From Spirulina sp. (lineage in GTDB: Bacteria; Cyanobacteriota; Cyanobacteriia; Phormidesmidales; Phormidesmidaceae): a DNA stretch of 64,000 nt. Position numbers and translations under genes: made by a program. Under the pieces are notes generated by a model. The model ran no database searches and was not told the origin of the DNA. It saw nothing but the letters and a program-made list of their open reading frames with translations. The stretch lies in the NCBI GenBank assembly GCA_044070495.1, contig JBIPSI010000001.1, positions 64,001 through 128,000 on the forward strand, read 5' to 3'. Below are positions 58,818-64,000 of this stretch, one piece after another; the first letter of the stretch is position 1, and the number at the start of each line of letters is the position of its first letter.

Positions 58818-59219
58818 GGGTGGCGATTTATTTTTTTCAAAAAAATATACGTTGGCGTAAACAATTGTAACGACTTTTTCTAGCCAAGGCATCCCAGGAT
58901 CACCCTGCCAAGACTGACCCACCGACGGATACTGCGCGGCACAATCTTGATGTCTCGTACTTGATATCTCACAGGTTGGGAGGCGCGATGGTCGATGCGG
59001 TTGGCGAATGGCTCCCATGCCTTGCTTCCCGTGGGGTAAGGGCAAAGCTAAGTTGGGAATGGTGATGAGTCCGATAAGCAAATCCTGTCGCCAGGGCATC
59101 CTCGGATGTGGGATAACAGTAGGGTGGGCGATAACTGGGGTCGTCGTGCTTTGGCGCGAGGAAATCCTTGGGGAAATCGCGGCCAGGAGATTATTTTTAG
59201 GGGATGACGGGGAACGCCA

Positions 59220-60008
59220 ATGGAAAAGCTGCTGCAAGGGTTACGGGAATTCCAGGAGCACTACATCCCCGCCCACCAAGAATTGATTCAGGAACTCGCC
59301 AAGGGGCAGCATCCTAGGGTGCTGTTCATCGGCTGTTCCGATTCGCGGGTCGATCCCACCATCATTACCCAGTCTGAAATTGGGGATCTGTTCATTATCC
59401 GCAACGCTGGCAATATTGTTCCTCCCTACCAAGCTACCAACGGCGGCGAAGGGGCCACCATTGAATACGCCCTAGAGGCTCTCAACATTAAGCAAATTAT
59501 CGTCTGTGGCCACACCCAATGCGGAGCCATGAAGGGGCTGCTGCAACTGGGGGAACTGGAGGAGAAGATGCCGCTGGTCTACGACTGGCTGAACCATACG
59601 CAGGCCACCCGTAAGCTAGTGTTCGACCACTACAGCGACCGCAGCAAGAAGGAAAAGCTCGATCTGTTGGTGGCCCAAAACGTGCTTACCCAGATGGACA
59701 ACCTACGTACCTATCCCTCCATCCACTCGCGTCTGCACACGGGCGACCTCTCCATCCACGGCTGGCTTTATCACATTGAAAACGGGCAACTATTGGCCTA
59801 CGACGAAGATTACAACGACTTTTTGCCGCCCCACAGCAAAATTGATGCCCATGCCAACGCGGCCAAGGTGGTGAAGGCGGGGGGATTGTCTAAGGATCCT
59901 GCCGACATCAAGCCCCCCTTCAACGAACCCGTGCAGCCCTACTGGCCAGGGGCAAACCGGCTCAGCCCAGAACAGGCAGCGCGTCTCTACCGGGGGGCCG
60001 CCGTTTAG
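59220..60008 (+). CDS. Beta-class carbonic anhydrase (CcaA/IcfA-like C-terminal tail)
   Basis: CSDSR, RNAGN, CGHTQCGAM motifs; C-terminal LSPEQAARLYRG. Confidence 0.92.
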   Translation: MEKLLQGLREFQEHYIPAHQELIQELAKGQHPRVLFIGCSDSRVDPTIITQSEIGDLFIIRNAGNIVPPYQATNGGEGATIEYALEALNIKQIIVCGHTQCGAMKGLLQLGELEEKMPLVYDWLNHTQATRKLVFDHYSDRSKKEKLDLLVAQNVLTQMDNLRTYPSIHSRLHTGDLSIHGWLYHIENGQLLAYDEDYNDFLPPHSKIDAHANAAKVVKAGGLSKDPADIKPPFNEPVQPYWPGANRLSPEQAARLYRGAAV

Positions 60009-60011
60009 GGT

Positions 60012-60428
60012 ATGGTCTATTCTGCCAAGGGGCCAGGGTTGCCATGCTCCAGGGCCTACGTTGCCCTTGCTAGCCCTCACTTAGAACGGTTGGTGACGTT
60101 CTACGCCGGACTTCTAAGTCAAGCACCCCAACCCCACTGGCCCCAGCGCTACGCCGAATTCAACCATGGCGGGCTTAAATTAGGCATTTTTCAGCCCCAA
60201 GTGACCCACCGAGACGAATTTCAAGCGGATCGGGCCGGAGCCTTGAGCCTATGCCTTGAGGTGACGGATTTAGAACGGGCCATCGCCCACCTAACGCGCC
60301 TCGGCTATCCGCCCCCTGGCCCCATCCTCACGGCCTCCCACGGGCGGGAAATCTACGCCTACGACCCCGATGGCAACCGCCTGATTCTGCACCAGTCGCC
60401 CCCCAGATCGGCGGATTCGGTGGGCTAA
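60012..60428 (+). CDS. VOC/glyoxalase family protein
   Basis: SLCLEV.DLE.AI, ASHGREIYAYDPDGNRLILH motifs. Confidence 0.85.
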   Translation: MVYSAKGPGLPCSRAYVALASPHLERLVTFYAGLLSQAPQPHWPQRYAEFNHGGLKLGIFQPQVTHRDEFQADRAGALSLCLEVTDLERAIAHLTRLGYPPPGPILTASHGREIYAYDPDGNRLILHQSPPRSADSVG

Positions 60429-60458
60429 CCTAGCTGGCTGCATCAACCTACCGATAGC

Positions 60459-60854
60459 CTAGGAGGCGTTTTTATTCAGCAGCTTGCCCATCACGGCCTT
60501 GAGGCGTTCCGGCTCACAGGGTTTGGTGAGATAGCCCGTGGCCCCAGCGAGGCGAGCCTCTTCGCGGTCGCGCTGGGTGTCGCGGGAGGTGACCATAACA
60601 ATGGGGATATTTTTGAAGCGGGGTAGGCTGCGCACGGTGCGGCAAAGCTCGAAGCCATCGATACCGGGCATGGAGATATCCAGTAGGAGGGCTTTGATGG
60701 AATTTTCTTGATAGATGACCGAGAGCGCATCCACGGCGTTGTCGGCCAGCAGCACCCGATAGCTGGAGTCTAGGGCACGTTTAATCATTTGCTGGCTGAT
60801 CAAGCTGTCGTCTACCGATAAAACGGTTTCTCTCGTCGCAGCATCGGTGGACAT
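60459..60854 (-). CDS. Single-domain response regulator
   Basis: VDDS, LLDISMPGIDG, YLTKP motifs. Confidence 0.9.
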   Translation of the reverse strand: MSTDAATRETVLSVDDSLISQQMIKRALDSSYRVLLADNAVDALSVIYQENSIKALLLDISMPGIDGFELCRTVRSLPRFKNIPIVMVTSRDTQRDREEARLAGATGYLTKPCEPERLKAVMGKLLNKNAS

Positions 60855-61052
60855 AGCGGGCAACCTCTTGGGGCTAACAGACAGACCTGGAAACGCTCAA
60901 GGCTAGAAAAACTCGCTGATCAAGCCTTGATGACCAACTAGGGAAATGGTGCACCTCCTCCCACCTAGATCATTCCCCATTCTATTTTGGGGGGCTGCAA
61001 ATGTTATGGTTTTTAACTCATTTCGATTCAACTTTCGATTCGACTATGGTAA

Positions 61053-61183
61053 GAGGGCGTTTGAAAAGGGTTGCCTCAGGTGCGATTGGTCGCTAGATCG
61101 GTGCAAATCTACGGGATTTTTGACGCTTGAGGCTGACCTCATCGGTATAACTTGGGACAAGCTTCGGCTTTTCAAACGTCCTC
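61053..61183. mobile_element. 131-bp MITE (copy B, inverted relative to copy A), TAA target duplication
   Basis: GAGGGCGTTTGAAAAG ... CTTTTCAAACGTCCTC flanked by TAA/TAA. Confidence 0.85.
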
Positions 61184-61275
61184 TAAGGGCAGCAAATTGA
61201 GGGCGCTTTCGTCGCTAGCTTGAGAACAGATCAGGCGTGGTGGTGGCGTCCATAGCTAAGGATAGGGTGGGGAAC

Positions 61276-62337
61276 GTGGTCAAAATAGCCCTCTGGGCGC
61301 TAGGGATAATGGTGGTCTTAGGCATCGCCCTGGAGGTATACCTAAGGGTGCGCTACGGTTTAGGCCATCCGCCCCTGTACGTTGCCGATGTGCGAACGGG
61401 GTATCGCCTAGCCCCCAACCAGCGCCTGCGGCGACGGGGAAACCACATTCTCATCAACGAATACTCCATGCGGGGGCCTGCCGTTACGCCCCAACGCCCC
61501 GCCCAAACGCTACGGGTGCTGCTGCTGGGGGATTCCATTGTCAATGGTGGCTGGTGGACGGATCAGTCGGAACTGATCTCTTTACAGGTGCAGAATCACC
61601 TAGACGACCATCTCAAACCATCCAGTGCAGCCTTTCCGGGCTTAACCCAGGCCGAGGTGCTGAATGCCTCAGCCAATTCCTGGGGGCCACGCAATGAACT
61701 GGGCTATGTGCTGCGCTTTGGTACCTTCGAGGCCCAGGTGGTGCTGCTGGTGATCAACACCGACGATTTGTTCGCCATTGCCCCCCACAGCTACGAACTG
61801 GGTCGCCACCCCGCCTACCCCACCCGCCGCCCGCCCCTGGCCCTGTGGGAGGTCATCCGCCGCCGCCAGCCCTACCAGATCAGTCCAGAACTTCAGGCCC
61901 TCCACGACCAGCCTGGGGATCGGGTGGGGGTAAACCTAGAGGCGATTCGCCAGCTTAACCAGCAAGTGCAGGCGACCCAAGGACGGTTGCTGTTGGCCAT
62001 GACCCCCCTGCGGCGAGAACTGGAAGCCGATGGCCCCCGCGACTATGAACAGGTTGCCCGTCAGCGACTAACGGACTTTGCGGTCAGCGAGGGCATCCCC
62101 TACCTCGACTTTTTGCCCCTCTTCCAAAGCCAGGATCACGAACCTCTCTATTTCGACCACATTCACCTCAGTGCCCAGGGCAACCAGGGAGTGGGCCAAG
62201 CCCTCGCCCAGTGGGTCATCGACCATGGTGCAGATCGTGCGATCTCGACCTATCCCATCCAGGGGCAAGGCCCCGATCTCCGTCTGGGCAACCCTGACAG
62301 CCCCCCAGAACTCCAAGATCTAGACGATCCTTGGTGA
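61276..62337 (+). CDS. SGNH/GDSL hydrolase family protein
   Basis: LLLGDS, NASANSWG, NTDD, DHIH motifs; exact start uncertain. Confidence 0.85.
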   Translation: MVKIALWALGIMVVLGIALEVYLRVRYGLGHPPLYVADVRTGYRLAPNQRLRRRGNHILINEYSMRGPAVTPQRPAQTLRVLLLGDSIVNGGWWTDQSELISLQVQNHLDDHLKPSSAAFPGLTQAEVLNASANSWGPRNELGYVLRFGTFEAQVVLLVINTDDLFAIAPHSYELGRHPAYPTRRPPLALWEVIRRRQPYQISPELQALHDQPGDRVGVNLEAIRQLNQQVQATQGRLLLAMTPLRRELEADGPRDYEQVARQRLTDFAVSEGIPYLDFLPLFQSQDHEPLYFDHIHLSAQGNQGVGQALAQWVIDHGADRAISTYPIQGQGPDLRLGNPDSPPELQDLDDPW

Positions 62338-62680
62338 TCTCAGCCCTCGAAACCCGGAGGGAACAGGGGTGCCGATGGCGACGGCGTCCTAAAGCTGTAA
62401 AACCTTTGCCGTTCAGGGGTTTTAGCCGTTTAGCCACGATTTTGCTCAGGGCTTAGACCGGCGAAAAAGCCGTTAACTTTCTTAAAAATGCCCGAAATCT
62501 ACATAAATTAAAGGTTTGAGCGATCCACTTTGGGAAAGTTGCCCTTAGAATGAGTCAGTGAAATTCTGTGTTTACAGGGGTTTCAGCCATTCTGCCGGGT
62601 AGAACCCTGGGGCATTGGCTGCCTTGGGTAAGCCCCTTAGGTGATATCCCCCCACTATTCCCTTTCCCATAGGAGACAAC

Positions 62681-62974
62681 ATGAATAAAGGCGAACTCAT
62701 TGATAAGGTTGCTGAGAAGGCATCTGCCAGCCTAGACAAGGCCATCACCAAGAAAGACGTGGACTCTGTGATTACGGCGACCATCGACGCCATTATGGAA
62801 GCGGTGGCCGAGGGCAAGAAAGTCACCCTAGTGGGTTTTGGCTCCTTCGAGCCCCGCGAGCGCAAGGAACGGGAGGGTCGCAACCCCAAGACGGGCGATA
62901 CCATGGTGATTCCCGCCACCACCGTTCCAGCCTTCTCCGCCGGTAAACTGTTCAAGGAAAAGGTGGCAAAGTAA
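62681..62974 (+). CDS. hup: DNA-binding protein HU
   Basis: MNKGELID, VTLVGFGSFE, GRNPKTG, VPAFSAGK motifs; AGGAG RBS. Confidence 0.95.
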   Translation: MNKGELIDKVAEKASASLDKAITKKDVDSVITATIDAIMEAVAEGKKVTLVGFGSFEPRERKEREGRNPKTGDTMVIPATTVPAFSAGKLFKEKVAK

Positions 62975-62998
62975 GGCCTCCTAACGTTTTTCAGCGAT

Positions 62999-63073
62999 AA
63001 ACGACCAGTACAAAGGGAACCTTCGCCGAAGCAGCGAACACTTGGCGATTCCCTAGGGTGCTGGTCGTTTTTT
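62999..63073 (+). terminator. Long hairpin with T-tract downstream of hup
   Basis: AAACGACCAGTAC / GTGCTGGTCGTTT outer stem plus AGGGAA/TTCCCT and TCGCCGA/TTGGCGA inner stems. Confidence 0.7.
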
Positions 63074-63310
63074 GTGCTGGTTCCTTGGACTAAGGCCAAC
63101 GGTTTACCCCGCGAACACAGCAACCCCAAGGATGAAACGCCCTCGCCTAAAACGCCCTCGCCGGATCGCGTCCGCCGCCCGTGGACAGGAAACCAATCCT
63201 TTCGGCGCGTCTTTTGGCTATCTTTTTGCTAAAAATGAGCATTGGCTAACAGTTTGAACAAGGAAAGGGGATCTATGATGCCATATTCTCTGTTTCAACC
63301 CTGGCGTTCC

Positions 63311-64000
63311 ATGACCCCTGCCACCACCCTTGAACCCACCCTCAAGACCGCACCCCCTGAGCTTCAGGTCATCCAAATGACAAAGCATTTTGGATCCCTA
63401 GTGGCGCTCCAGGATGTTAGTTTAACCCTCACCCCCGGGACATTTCACGGCCTGCTGGGGGAAAACGGGGCTGGTAAAAGTACCCTGGTCAAATGCATTA
63501 TGGGTTTCTACACCCCCACCGCCGGGGAAATTTTGGTGGATCGTCAGCCCCACGCGATTAAAAGCCCCAAGGATGCCCACACCTACGGCATTGGCATGGT
63601 CTATCAGCATTTCACCTCCGTTCCGGCCATGACCGTGGCCGAAAATCTGGTGCTTTCTCGCTACGACCACCGCCAGGTGATTAATTGGAAAACCGAGTAC
63701 GAGGCTCTCCATGCCTTTATGGAGGCTTCCCCCTTCCGGGTCGATTTAGATTTGCCGGTGGCGCAACTGGCGGCGGGGCAAAAGCAAAAGCTGGAAATTC
63801 TCAAGCAGCTCTACCTGCAAAGCCGGATTCTAATCCTCGACGAACCCACCTCGGTACTCACCCCCGACGAAGCCGACGAGGTACTGGGGCTGCTGCGGGA
63901 GGAAGTGCAGGCGGGCCACCTGAGCGTCCTGTTGATCACCCACAAGTTTCGGGAGGTGATGGCCTTTACCGACGAGGTCACGGTGCTGCGCAAGGGGCAT
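63311..64000 (+). CDS. ABC transporter ATP-binding protein (sugar/nucleoside type), partial
   Basis: Manual translation: GENGAGKSTL Walker A, GMVYQHF, ILILDEPTSVL; in-frame upstream ATG at 63275; runs off the window. Confidence 0.9.
   Translation, partial: MTPATTLEPTLKTAPPELQVIQMTKHFGSLVALQDVSLTLTPGTFHGLLGENGAGKSTLVKCIMGFYTPTAGEILVDRQPHAIKSPKDAHTYGIGMVYQHFTSVPAMTVAENLVLSRYDHRQVINWKTEYEALHAFMEASPFRVDLDLPVAQLAAGQKQKLEILKQLYLQSRILILDEPTSVLTPDEADEVLGLLREEVQAGHLSVLLITHKFREVMAFTDEVTVLRKGH

Noticed and set aside
58818..59237. N-terminal 140-aa extension of the 486-aa methyltransferase ORF
   Set aside because: The recognisable protein begins at MPDTITKL (58817); the extension spans the divergent promoter and overlaps the carbonic anhydrase start

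Overview
Chromosomal window of a moderately high-GC filamentous-type cyanobacterium (psbX, ycf66, cphB, cyanobacterial-type ppsA/cimA; Leptolyngbya/Nodosilinea-like by impression only). Most of it is housekeeping: a nucleotidyltransferase/phosphomannomutase fusion, ssb, sufE, mnmE, accC, glmS, an M16 peptidase pair, cimA, trmD, lemA/M48, ppsA, a BMP-type ABC transporter, lipA, pyrE, a beta carbonic anhydrase, HU, tRNA-Leu(GAG) and a CAU tRNA. The main accessory region is an AT-rich block of about 6.3 kb (c. 36.7-43.0 kb) next to the ppsA 3' end. It is packed with toxin-antitoxin modules, orphan antitoxin/immunity-like genes, toxin fragments and two near-identical DUF4926-like genes. Intergenic DNA carries several small mobile-repeat families: GTAG-type REP/REPIN doublets, GATC-bounded CCCCCTAAATCCCCC repeats (one three-level nested), two inverted copies of a 131-bp MITE, an ISL3-like MITE cutting an IS5 remnant, and a G-rich 15-bp VNTR. 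By manual reading the canonical cyanobacterial HIP1 octamer GCGATCGC is absent, while the palindrome CCTAGG is unusually frequent. No CRISPR array, integrase or intact transposase was seen. All family assignments come from motif recognition, not database searches.
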